Assembly (NCBI RefSeq): GCF_036365525.1
Contig: NC_090386.1
Coordinates: 72,624,797-72,688,796 of the forward strand
From: Heterodontus francisci
Lineage: Eukaryota
DNA length: 64,000 nucleotides
Reading direction: 5' to 3'
In this document: piece by piece, positions 26,289-39,245 of the stretch
How the letters are laid out: every line of letters starts with the position of its first letter
How positions within the stretch are numbered: the first letter of the stretch is position 1
The notes under the pieces: model-generated
What the model saw: the letters and a program-made list of their open reading frames with translations, nothing else
The model's database searches: none
What the model was told of the DNA's origin: nothing
Translations under genes and position numbers: made by a program

Positions 26289-29200
26289 AGCAGCAAGGTA
26301 GCAATAAAGTATCATGTTTATGCAATAAGGCAAGTTGAGGTTGAAATATGTTTATGGGTCATTGAAATGAGACTTTGATATTGAACCTGCCTTTTATAAT
26401 ACTGAACCTGAGAGTACGTAATGCTGTCTTGAGTTCTTTTACTAGAGGGTACGGAACACATGTAAGTCGTTTCATTATTGTTGTTGCTGTTGCTGCTGTC
26501 ATCATCAGAATTAGCATTGACAACAACATTTATTTAATATGGAAACTCCCCAGAATGAACTAGTTTCATCAGAATGATTTGTGGAACATATGTCACTGTT
26601 AACCCTCCTCAACATCTACAGTTCTGAAAATATTAAGATTTGTGAACAATCCTGCCAATTCTTTGCAGTTTTCCAAAATACTACTGAATTAATTAGATAT
26701 TTGCATTATCGTGATTCTTGCTGGTAGAATGTCCCACTAGTGGCATTCCTATTACACACTGGTATAGCTTTGCATTCCAGACAGCCTAGCAAGAGTATTT
26801 CTTTTCATGGGTGATAGCCATCTGCTGAATTGAAGATAATTAAGAACCGGTAAAGTTATAATTAGAATCTGTCAAGCGCGAAATGAACCATGTCTATTTT
26901 TAATAAAGCTTTCACATTTAAATATATTTCTGAAACTCTCAGATGCTTTTGAATCCTATCCTGAATTGCTTAAATGGTGCATCATAGGTTCTATTTGGGA
27001 TATTGCAAGCCAAATGGGTGTATTCATTTCATTATGAAAATTGAACATTTCAACATAGTAATTGCTTTAGGATTCAGTGGAACAATGCACTGTACTGTAC
27101 ATTACATATTTATGGTAATTGAATGAAATAATGGCTCAGATGTGTGCTCATGCCAGAACAGCTAGTTCTAAAATCAAACAGATGAACAGGGACCTCATTT
27201 TAATGATTCCTTAATTATTGAGGTGAATGTTGGGTATCATTACAGTTCTTGTCCAATCACCAGTCTCCATTTATTAGTCATAACATTTGTTTAATTTGGA
27301 GTAAGAAAAAAATTATCTACAAGGTACTTGGGCATAAATCAGTTGAAAGTTCAGGACTGGGAAAATTGGGAAGATGGAGACGAGAACAGGATTTTTAAAA
27401 CAGTAAAGCCAATCAATTGCAGTTGACTGTATTTCCCTGTCTGCTATTTTAAGAAGTGTTGAACTACTTATGCTATCAGATATAAATATCAGATAGTGGA
27501 CAGAGCAATGTCATCAAAAACACTCTAATGGTTCATCCACTAATGTTGTCAACAGCAATCTGTAAGCTTTCCAATTCTTAACCTTAACAGATAAACTTAT
27601 GGACTCAAAAATGAGACTGAGATGGTTTTTGATTTCAATTAATATGAAAGTTAATGGTCATGCAGCAAATCTCAGTTTGGAAAACGATGGGGAAAATCTT
27701 TGAGATGTGAGAAGTGCTACACAGTCGTCACTTTGTCTTTCAGACATAGTTGAATTGTTGATTTAATAGTTGCTATAGTATCTGAGTGTGGCTGAATGTT
27801 TGCTGCCAAGGCAATTCCAGCATTAAGGATAAGCAGCTCTTGTGCTTACTTATTTGCAGCTGTGCTATAGAAGCTGCCTATGGAATGGAAAACATGTATG
27901 GTATCTATTTAACAGTGATGCCATTGAGTCAGCAATGCAGAACTTGGGAAGATCTTCATATTTATAATTAAAGGTAATGTTAAATTTTAGCTCTAAATGA
28001 AGGTCATCTTTGCAATGTATGCATCTCTTACAAGAAAAAGATTCCTCTCACTACCATTTTTAACATTTTCAAGAATAGATCAAAGTCAAGCACATTTCTA
28101 TGGGCATCAATTTCTGACATGCCAAATTACAATAATATGACTTCTCATATAAGCTGGAAGGAAAATGTGTATAGTAATGTGAGTGTGACTTTGTAGGAAT
28201 TTCTCCAAACCCATAACTATAAATAAATGAAGATTGGCTAAATTATGTTTGTTGAGAATCTGGTGTTTGAATTACAGGTATGCACTGTGTAATTTTTACC
28301 ATTGGTAAAAACGGAGTCTTCTTGTTCGTAAAATGCTCTTGACTTTTGATTGGCCTATTTGTTTTTGTGTGTAGGCAATGCAATAGAGCTAGTAAAGCCA
28401 ATGTCTTAAGCACCAGCAAACACCTACATATCTCCATACATCATCCCAGCTGCTACCTCAAGCTAAGCTCAGAGGTGCAGAAAATTGGAGTTCTCCAACA
28501 GCTGAGCCATCTCTTCTTTCAATTCTGAAATATCGACCACGTCTGCCTCACCTCTCTCCTTGCTAACTTGCCCCTTTCCGCCTCCATAATTTCCTCCAAC
28601 TTTATGCCCTTGTGTGCACACATCCTCTACACTTCATCGTGAGTGGCTCCTCTTTCAGCCACTATGTCATCTTGATCTCCATGCCTTTTCACCTTTCGGC
28701 CTTCAAAAGATGTCTCCTGGCCCTCATCCCTTTCTCTGACCACTTCCAGTCTATTTACTATCCACTGCTGTGTAAAGCACACTGAGATATCTTCCTGTAC
28801 ATAACTAGTGCTACAGAATTTCAGAGAAGCTGTATGCACCCATCAGTTAACATGTGGAATCATCCAGGCCTTACCAGAAAATTATTCTGGTGAAGTCTCC
28901 TACCACTTGAATACTCCAATGGATTTCTTTGTCCCTGAAACTGCACCAATGCACATGAGACAACGACAAGAGTATGGTACTGCACTTATGTATATAAAGA
29001 CAAAAGATTGAACAAGCCTAAGTTTTATTGTACATCTCAAAATGCCTTACTCTGCCAATTATTATTGCCTGTGTATCTGCCTATCTGTACAATGGTATTC
29101 TCTTTCTGATACACAACTATGTGTTTACTTTTCAAATGAAATGAACCACAGAAGTAAATTATAATATCAAGCCTGGAACTTGCTTATTCCCCAGGATAGC

Positions 29201-31294
29201 TCTAAGTGTACAGTTTCCAAGCACTTTCCAGCAAGTGGGTCCCTGGACCAGATGTGAGTCCCCAACCCTGGCAATCCGTCCAGGCAACTCAGATCTATTT
29301 GATTTTAGGTTTCTTTGTTGTTTGGTCCTGTTTGAATTTTGCAGGATTGGTGGTTTAGAAAGGGATGTTCTTAGTGCTATTGCCTCATTGGTGGAAAAAT
29401 CCTAAATCAAAACACATGACCCGTTAGTATCGGCAACTTAAGACGTATGACGATTGCTACGAACATGGATTTAAGCCTTACTTGTAGTTCCTAAGGCTCA
29501 TTAAGGCAAACACCTTGGAGGCTCTGTTTTACACCACTAGTAACACACCAATGGCAGCTATGTAGAATGTGAATTGTGGTGGTGGTTTGTTTTCCATACA
29601 GCAAATAATTAATTGCATTTTGTATCTAGTAACAGAGTTAATATTCACACTAAATCCACTGGTAAAAAAAAATCTCTAGGTCTGAGAAACAACCTCATTA
29701 TTTTATTAGTATCTAATCTGTATTTAAAGGCTTTGCAATATGGGTAACCAGTCTCTTTTGTAGAAAGATGGGAGACAGCTTGTATGACATGATGGAGAGA
29801 ATTAAAGAAGTCTCTGTGCTTATAACAATCCCCACTCTAATTAATTAATAGATCAGACTTAAAGTAATTATTCTATTAAGAAATCAGGCCAACATATTGT
29901 TTAACTTTGGAATGCAAAGAAAAACAGTGGAATACTCAGTCAATTTGACTTGTGGCAAGGATTTTCATACTCTTAAGTGTTCCTTGCGAATTATCAGGGT
30001 TTTCTCACTTGTTGAATAATCTGGTTATTTAACTATTCCCAACTGTATGTTAATGTGTGTATTTCTTTTCATTCTGTACATTTGTGGATAACTTGATGGC
30101 TACATAACTTATACTTAATTTTAAAACTTGTATATGTTTTATGCCACTGTATCTTTATATGCTGTGGAATATTATCAGTAAATGTTATAGAACTGGATCA
30201 AAAATATTTCCCATGTTTCACAGTGTGATGCAACAGACTTCTTGTTCAGTGTTCTGCTACAATACAATAATAACACAACTAGTATTTATACTGTACCTTT
30301 AATGTGTGCCTTTGACCATCATCCATAATATAACTGACCACTGCTCCAACTCCATAGTTTGAAGAGTCACATGCTAGCTTCAGGTCACAATTTGTGTCGT
30401 AATGAATGAGTAATGCGTTACTGGTTACGCTTCTCTTACATGCATCACAAGCGTCTTCTGCTTTAGGCCATCTGCATTTCACATCTTTCTTCAACAACTC
30501 ATGTAATGGGGTTAATACCATTGCAAGCTCAGGCAGAAATTGTGAGTAGTATTGAATCATGCCTAGAAATGATCTAAACTCAGATGTATCTTTTAGCTTT
30601 GGGGCTTTGACTATTGCCTCTATCTTTTCTTTTACTGGCTGTACTCCTTTTTCATTGATTTTCAAGCCAAGGTACAATACCTCAGATTGCACAAAAGTAC
30701 AATTGCTCCTTTTTAACTTCACATTGTGATCATTGAGCCTGTTTAACACTTCATCCAACACTTGAAGATTCTCCTCCTCAGTTGTGGTCGCGATTAACGC
30801 ATCATCCTGATTACACAAGCAATGCAGCACTCCTTGCAAAATCTTATCAATTGTAGCTTGAAAGATTTTTGGAGAAAACTTCACACCATAGGGCAGCTTC
30901 GTGTAGGAGTATAAACCCATGTGTGCATTTATCGTGAGATACTGTTGACTCTCGATCCACATTGAGCTGTGCATCAGCATGGGACAAATACAATTTTTTG
31001 AATAGCTTGGATCCCATTAACTCCACATACAAATCTTGAGAGGTCAGTCGTGGATACTGTTCATCATCCACTGCCTGGTTGATTGTAACTTTGTAGCCCC
31101 TGCATAGTCTTATGGTTTTGTCTGATTTGGGCACTATCACGATTGGGGTTGCCCAATCACTGTGATCAGTTTTCACTGGCACACCATTCCTTTCTAACTT
31201 GTTTAGTTCCTCTTCAGTCTGGGTTTTGAGAGTATAGGGAACCGGCCTCGCCTTGTGATATATTGGTTTTACATCAGGCCTAATTCAGATGTGC

Positions 31295-32282
31295 AGTCTC
31301 ACATTAATTATACTGGCACGCCAATGTGCTTTGTTGAATGATAATTTTCTTTAATCCGCTGACAGGAGATCTAAATTATATATTTTTTAAAGACATTTAA
31401 AACAGAACAGCTAAAAGGATGACTCTGCTGAACGCTTAGAATGGCCACCTGATTTGCAACATCGTATCCAACATTGCAAAGGCTTGTGAGGAGGGAGACA
31501 AAATGTCTGCTCATTTCCCAGCAAGAACCATGACCCAGGAAGTTTAAGGGAGCTATCTGTTATTTTGGCAACTGCTTTGTTTGAATCACTGAGTGACTGT
31601 CATGTGACAAGCCCCTCCCCATCTGTGGTATAAACTTGTGTTTGTCTGCAGCCAAAAGGAGAAGCTTCTGGACTCTGGCACATGCAGACCCTGAGTGGAT
31701 GTCCCTCTCTCTTTCTCTCTCTCTCTCCATTTCAGCTTACAAGCTTCGAACTCTGCTTGTTGGCTGACCACCTTTGCATACTCTGGCAACAATCAGAAAC
31801 CCTGTTGGGGGAAATTACCTGCATCATTGGCTCCAAGAGACCCACTGAACCAGTCATCTAATTCTTTAAGCTAAAAGCCTCAGGACCACCGGATTCAGCT
31901 AGAAGCCAACCGAATCACCAAACGCCACAGACTGTACATCATTTTTCTATCGACTGTAACTCAGCCACTTAACCTTTCCCCACTCTGTAACCTATTTGTG
32001 TGTGTATAAACCTCTTTTGTGTGTGTGTGTGTGAGTGAAAGTTGTTGTGTAGTTTGTTATTTTTATTAGTTCGGTTTAGGTACAATAAAGTTAACCTCTT
32101 TCTTTGTTAAACTCAAGAAAACCTGCCCGATTGGTTTTCGTTATGATCATAGCAAGTAAGTAATCAAACATCTACTAAATTGGCCAGTACATCCACTTTA
32201 AGAAGGAATTAAACCTGTTGTGATCAAACAAGGAGAGGAAAAAGAGAGAAACCCTTTGATCCCTCCTCAGTTGACCGTAACA
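31295..32282 (+). mobile_element. Solo-LTR-like insertion splitting the Gypsy pol gene
   Basis: Non-coding ~1 kb between pol segments FEDSYEGI and IRPDVKPIYHKAR. AATAAA at 32084-32089; ends ..GACCGTAACA at 32282; 5' TG end and TSD not identified. Confidence 0.55.
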
Positions 32283-33768
32283 ATACCTTCATAGCTATCC
32301 TCAAATGTTCCTGTAACTATTCGATAGCTGATCAAGCTCCTTGGTTGTCTCAACTTGGAAAACTTGCTTCCAACCTAACCAGCTTACGAAGCCAGTTTTT
32401 GCCCATTAACATTGGTTTATTGACATATCTTGCCACAACAATGGGTAACTTGAGGGACACCCTTATATTGGACATTGCACTCCGTTTGTCCACATATTTC
32501 TAACAGCTCACCAGAGTGGGTTTTCAACTGAACTCTGCTCTCAAATTGAGGTGTGAATTTGCTCTCATACATGTCTCTACTCATTATGGAGCAATCTGCA
32601 GATGTATCAATGCACATGTTGATGTACTGTTGATTTACCAACACTTTTGTACAGTAGTCTCTGCCATTTGAGTGATTGTTAATGGCATAAATGCTGATCA
32701 ACCCTAAGTCCTCTTTGCTCAAGCACTCTGGATTCACTTCAAGATTGGATCTCCACCCTTGTGACACTGCTGCTTTCCATTATTACTAGAAAGAGTTCTC
32801 TTTCCTGCTTTGGTCTTCACTTGGCAAGCAGTTACAATATGGTCTTTCTTTTGGCAATTAAACCATCTGGCATTTCTGTACTGACATGCCCATGTCGTAT
32901 GGTTTCTATTACAGCGATAACAAGACACTAAACTTTTATCAACAGCACTCTTCTGATCAGGTCTCCCCGATTTAGACTTGTCAGAAGCCTTCTGACAGTG
33001 GACAGAAGCTGTACTAGTCATTTGCATAGGATGAAATTCCCGAGCATTCTTTGATGCCATCTCCATCTCTTACATGCCAGCTCAAATGTAAGATTTTGTA
33101 TGTTTAGTAACTTCAACTGGCTTTGTCCACCAATCCACACATGAATTTGTCTTGTAATGCACAATCTAAGAATGTACCAAAATTGCAATGTAATGATAAA
33201 TTCTTCAGTGCCACAATGTGCTCGCCAACTGTTTTGCTACTTCTCAGTTTCTGGTTCCAAATTTGTAGCTTTCCACTATCTCTTGTGGCTTAAGATTAAA
33301 ATGTTCCTACAACTTGTTGATGATTATTTTGAATAGCACACCTTTTGCCTTGTTGGGAGCATGAAGATTTGTTTGTATGGTTTAAACTTCGGGGACAATC
33401 TGCATTGGAAAAATTGCTTTCTTGTGCTCAAGAATTGCCTTATTCTGAGACTGGGCCTCTTCACTTTCACCTTCAAGTTCTAATATATTATACTATATAT
33501 GTCCATTCATTCAATGTATGAACTAAATGGTTCTTGAGCTCTAACATACATTCCTAACCTTCCAATGTATCCTGTGGGCACAGCCATTTTGTCCCATTTT
33601 CAAATGTAAAGTGACCCAGTAAACACATTTTACTGTGTCTGTCTGGAACAGTGATACAGAATCAGAACAAACTCACAAAGCCTGTGTAGTTGGTAGTTGT
33701 ATCAGATGGATACTAGGATCCGGTAGAATCCATTCAACTGAGTGTAGCCACACATTTTCAGAAACAAT

Positions 33769-34543
33769 GGGCTGGATTTTATATCGGCGGTGAGCTTTAA
33801 AATTGGCAGCCCTCCCTTGCGGGCTGCACACCAAAGAGCCACTGTGATCTCAAGCGCAGCGGCTCATTTAAATAGCTGGGGTGGGCTGACCCACCCCCCG
33901 CGATCACATGGAGGGGACGGGCTGTCCGTCCCTGGCAATAGCGCATCTGCCTATGCGCAGGCCCTGACGCCATTTTTAAAGGGCTGTCAGCCCCACCAAC
34001 TTTTTAAAATATTTAAAGGTACATGGCATAAAATTAAATGAATACATATATTTTGCTCCTCTCCCACCCCCTCAAAAACAATTAATTATTTCTCCTTCCC
34101 CACCCCCCCCCAAACTGCACAAAGTTTAAACGGCAACTCTTCCCACCATCCTCTACACCTATGACGTTAATTTGACCCCCCCGCCCCCACAACCACCCGG
34201 GCACTGATAAACTTACCTCCTCCCCCCTTCCCACCAGTGTTGTGCCTCGTTTCCCCTGACAGGGATCCGAAGGCGCAAAAGTGCTGGCTGCTGCTCTGAA
34301 GATTGCAGCCGGCCAGAACATCCCAGCTAAGTACATGTTAATTTATTAATTTTATTCATTTACATATGTTAATTCAGATCCTGTTGCTCAGTGACAGGGA
34401 GGCCGCAGCGTGCCTCGCCACCGCCCGGAGGATCAGGCTGGGCCCTGCCGGCATTGAGGTCCATGGCAGGCTTCATCCGGGGCCACCGTCAGGCACCCCC
34501 CTGCCCTGGATCCCAATGTCAAGGTCTCCTTAAAATCCAGCAC
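33769..34543. mobile_element. Non-autonomous Harbinger-type MITE in the Gypsy 5' leader
   Basis: TIRs GGGCTGGATTTTA / TAAAATCCAGCAC (12/13 match); TSD AAT (33766-33768, 34544-34546). Confidence 0.88.
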
Positions 34544-36022
34544 AATAAGGCTCAACACAAGCTCGTCGAAAATCTTCGCCATTCTAGCAAGTAGGTTACT
34601 GGGAGCGGGCCTATTTTGTTCATCATGGTCTCTACTGCTGTTTTCTGTAATAATTTTTGCATTTTCATCCCATTTTATCGCCAGTAAAGCAAGACCGACA
34701 CAAAGATAGCCAGATCGCATGTTTAATGATGTCATCACGCACTGGACATGCTCATAACATAGGAATACATCAAGGTTGTGAACAGTCTGGTTCAGCCTCA
34801 GGCCGTTGCCAAGGAGAGAGATGGAGTCAGTTGCTAAGGAATGGAGTTTGTCATGGGGACCAAAGACAATGGCTTTGGTCTTCCCAATATTTGATCGGAG
34901 GAAATTTCTACAGATCCTGCACTGGATGTCGGGAAGCAATCTGACAATTTAGAGATGGTGGTGGGACCGAGAGAGGTGGTGGTGAGGTAGAGCTGAATGT
35001 CATCAGCGTGCATTTGGAAACTGACTCTGTGTTTTTGGATGATGTCACCGAGCGACAGCATGTAGATGAGAAATAGGAGGAGACTAATAATAGATCATTG
35101 GAGGGGCACCAGAGGTAACGGTACAGAATCGGGAAGAAAAGCCATTGCAGGTGATTCTCTGGCTACGATTAGATAGATAAGAATGGAACCAGGCGTTGCA
35201 GTCCCAACCAGCTGGACGATGGTGGAGAGGTGTTGGAGGAGGATGGTATGGTCAACTGTGTCAAAGGCTGCAGACAGGTCAAGCAGGACGAGGAGGGATA
35301 GTTTACCTTTGTCACAGTTAATAGAATGTCATTTATGATTTTGATAAGAGCCATGTAGCAAGAACGCAAATCTAATTGGAGGGATTCAAATATGGTGTTC
35401 CAAGAAAGATGGGCATGAATCTGGGAGGTGCCAACATTATCAAGGACTTGGGAGATCAAAGGGAAGTTAGAGATGGGGTGGTGGTTTGCAAAGACGGAAG
35501 GATCAAGGGTTGTTTTTTTTTGAGGGCAAGAGGTGGTGACGGCAGGTTTGAAGGAGAGGGCGACAGTACCTGAGGAGGGAGAACCATTAACAATATCAGC
35601 TAACATGGGAGCCAGGAAGGGAAGTTGGGTGGTCAGCAATTTAGTGAAAATAGGTTTGAGGGAGCAGGAGGTGGGTCTCATGGTCAAGATGAAGTCAGAG
35701 AGGGGATGAGGAGAGATAAGAGAGAAACTAGAGCAGGGGGGAGCCTTATTAGAAGTTTGGCCTGGTGTGCGAGGGGAAGGGAGGGAAATGGCAGAGGCAG
35801 CTGATCAGATGTTCTCAATTTAGTGACAAAGATGTCCATGAGCCCCTCACATTTTTTGTTGAAGGTGAGGGTGGAGGAGACAGGGAAGAGAGGTTTTAGA
35901 AGACCGTTTGCAGTCAAAAGAAGCCGGGGGCTATCTTTGCATTCCAGGATGATCCTAGAAAAGTGAGCAGTTTTGGCAGACGAGAGGAGGAACCAATAGT
36001 GCTTTATGTGTTCCAGCCATAT

Positions 36023-36150
36023 TATTTTATTTTATTTTATTTAGAGATACAGCACTGAAACAGGCCCTTCGGCCCACCGGGTCTGTGCCGACCAACAACC
36101 ACCCATTTATACTAACCCTGCAGAAATCCCATATTCCCTACCACATCCCC
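36023..36150 (-). mobile_element. HE1 SINE 3' fragment
   Basis: (TAAAA)n tail plus AGATACAGCACTGAAACAGGCCCTTCGGCCCACC as in the other copies. Confidence 0.85.
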
Positions 36151-39100
36151 TGTGGTGGTGAATGACTAAACTCGTTGTCTGTCATATCCATTCAAGTGAA
36201 TATCCCTTGGAATTAAGGGAGTGAAGATGAGGGCCTTACCTGGACAATGTCCAGGGTTGCAGAGAGTAATGGTTTTATTGGGGATGAGGACATAAAAAGT
36301 GGATATAGTAGTAGTGAAGTTTATTAGTATTGGCAAAGCTTTATTATTATTGGTAACGTCTATTAGACTCATGGAGTGCCGATTAAAAGCCGAGTGTGGA
36401 GATTCGAGTTTGGTGAGTGGCAAGTTTGGTGAAAGGGGCAGAGCTGCTCCATTTTTCCTTTTTTTTGTACTCTTTTAACCCTCTAGTATTTGGTTCTTGC
36501 TTCGGTGCAGTGGACGGAGCTGTTCGGTGAGTACCTGGTAAGCTGTGACATCACAGGCAAGCACGTAGGTGATTGGTTTGGGAAGAAGCTACCTTTTTGG
36601 TGAGTATCTGGTCAGTGATTAAGGCCCATTCTAACCCTAACGTTTAAAATAGTAAATGAACTAATGGTAAACTTAATAAAATATATAAAAAAAGGAAAAT
36701 AAAATAAATAATTGAATAAAATAATTAAGTAGTTAATTAAAACACATTAAGGATGGCAGGACAGGTGACATGTTATGACTGCACCATGTGGGAGCTCCTG
36801 GATGCCAGTGTGATCCAGGGCAAACACGTCTGCAGTCAGTGTTTGCAGCTCGAAGTGCTTCAGCTCAGAGTCATTGAACTGGAGTCCGAGCTGCAGACAC
36901 TGTGACATATCAGGGAGGGGGTAAGTTACCTGGTAACTTTGTACCAGGAGGCGGTCACACCCCTTAGGTTGGGGTCTTCTGATTTGGTCAGTAGTCAGGG
37001 ACAGGAGAGTGTGGCTGCAGCTGAGGCAGGTAAGGGGACCCAGAGGGCAGGAGTGCCGGAGCCTCAGCCTTTGTGATTGTCCAACAGGTTCTTTCAGCTT
37101 GTTTGGATGAGAGTGGGGCTACAGGGTGGATGAGCAACCTGACCATAGCACAATGGTACAGGAAGCCATTCAAGTGGAGGGAGAAAAAAGGAATGTAGTG
37201 GTAGTCGGGGACAGTATAGTTAGGGGGATTGATACTGTTCTGTGCAGCAAAGAGCGAGAGTCTAGACGCCTATGTTGCCTGCCTGGTGCCAGGGTTCGGA
37301 ACATCTGCTCAGGGCTGGAGAGGAACTTACAGTGGGAGGGGGAGGATCCAGTCGTCGTGGTCCATGTAGGTACTAACAACATAGGCAGGACAAGGAAAGA
37401 GGTTCTGCATAGTCAGTATGAGGAACTAGGCACCAAATTAAGAAGCAGAACCTCAAAGGTAATAATCTCTGTATTATTACCTGAACCACGTGCAAATTGG
37501 CATCGGGCAAATAATATTAGAGAAAAGCAGATATTTTGCATTAGTCTTCACTATTGAGGATACAAGTAACATCCCACTATTAGCTGTAAGTCAATGGAAG
37601 GGAGGGAGGAACTCAATAAAATTACAATCACCAGGGAAGTAGTACTGAACAAATTGTTGGAGCTGGGGGCTGACAAGTCCCCAGGTCCTAATGGACTTCG
37701 TCCTAGGGTGTTAAAAGAAGTGGCTAGTGAGATAGTTGATGCATTAGTTTTAATTTTCCAAAATTATCTAGATTTGGGGAAGGTTCCATTAGATTGGAAA
37801 ATAGCGAATGTAACTCCTTTATTCAAAAAGGGAGACAGAAAAGCAGGAAACTACAGGCCAGTTAGCTTAACATCTGTCTTAGGGAAAATGTTAGAAGCTA
37901 TTATTAAAGACTTTATAGCAGGGCATTTAGAAAAATTCAAGGTAATCAGGCAGAGTCAACATGGTTTTGTGAAAGGTAAATCATGTGTAACCAATTCATT
38001 GGAGTTCTTTGAGGGAGTTACATGTGCTGTGGATAAAGGGGAACCGCTGGATGTATTGTACTTAGATTTCCAGAAGGCATTTGATAAGGTGCCACATCAA
38101 AGGTTATTGCAGAAAATAAAAGCTCATGGTGTGGGGGTAACATATTGGCATGGATAGAAGATTGGCTAGCTAACGGGAAACAGAGAGTAGGCATAAATGG
38201 GTCATTTTCTGGTTGGCAAGATGTAACGAGTGGTGTGCCATAGGGATCTGTGCTGGGGCCTTAACTTTTTACAATTTATTATAAATGACTTAGATGAAGG
38301 GACCGAAGGTATGGTTGCTAAATTTGCTGATGACACAAAGATAGTTAGGAAAGTAACATGTGAAGAGGAATAACTTGTGAATAAGGGGGCTACAAAGGGA
38401 TATAGAAAGGCTAAGTGAGTAGGCAAAGACCTGGCAAATGGAGTGTAAGTGGGAAAGTGGGAAATTGTCCACTTTGGCAGGAAGAATGAAAAAGAAGCAT
38501 ATTATCTAAATGGTGAGAGGTTGCAGAGCTCTGAGATGCAGAGGGATCTGAGTGTCCTAGTGCGTGAATCGCAAAAGGTTAGTATGCAGGTGCAGCACAT
38601 AATTAGGAAAGCTAATAGAATGTTATTGTTTATTTCGAGGGGAGTTAAATACAAAAGTAGGGAAGTTATGCTTCAGCTATACAGGACATTGGTGAGACCA
38701 CATCTGGAGTACTATCTGCAGTTCTGGTCTCCTTATTTAAGGAAGGATGTAAATGCATTGGAGGCAGTACAGAGAAGGTTTACTAGACTAATACCAGGAA
38801 TGGGCAGGCTGTTTTATGAGGAAAGATTGGACAGGCTAGGCTTGTATCCACTGGAGTTTAGAAGAGTAAGAGATGACGTGATTGAAACATATAAGATCCT
38901 GAAGGGTCTTGACAGGGTGGATGTGGAAAGGATGTTTCCTCTTGTGGGAGAATCTTGAACTAGGGGTCACTGTTTAAAAATAAGGGGTTGCCCATTTAAG
39001 ACAGAGATGAGGAGAAATTTGTTCTCGCAGAGTCTTTGGAATTCTCTTCCTCAAAAGACGGTGGAAGCAGAGTCTTAAAATATTTTTAAGGCAGAGGCAG

Positions 39101-39245
39101 ATAGATTCTTGATAAGAAAGGGGGTGGAAGGTTATCGGGGGTAGGTGGAAACGTGGAATAATCAATTCAGCCATGAACGTATTGAATGGCGGAGTAGGTT
39201 TGAAGGGCCAAGTGGCCTACTCCTGCTCCTAATTCATATATTCGT
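36151..39245 (+). mobile_element. CR1 LINE with 5' UTR, ORF1 (Zn-finger plus SGNH esterase), internal deletion of the endonuclease, RT and 3' tail
   Basis: ORF1 MAGQVTCYDC..HVCSQC from ~36753; VVVVGDSIVRG and VVVHVGTNN; ORF2 KSPGPNG, GNYRPVSLTS, YLDFQKAFDKVPH, KFADD, RPHLEY; tail CCTAATTCATATATTCGTA. Confidence 0.92.

Larger units (their letters stand above)
30306..34759 (-). mobile_element. Ty3/Gypsy (Mag-like) LTR retrotransposon, 3'-deleted: 5' LTR 34684-34759, PBS, gag, protease, RT, partial RNase H
   Basis: LTR starts TGTTATG and contains ATTAAA; PBS TGGCGATAAAATGGGAT at 34683-34667. Gag ATG at 33587; two CCHC-like knuckles (CYRCNRNH..C, FNCQKKDH..C); protease IDTSAD; RT WATPIVIVPK, LPYG, QDD; RNase H LACDSSNYGVGAV. 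Confidence 0.9.

Noticed and set aside
34433-34939. 168-aa ORF
   Set aside because: Chance fusion of L2 RT, Gypsy LTR/leader and MITE sequence.
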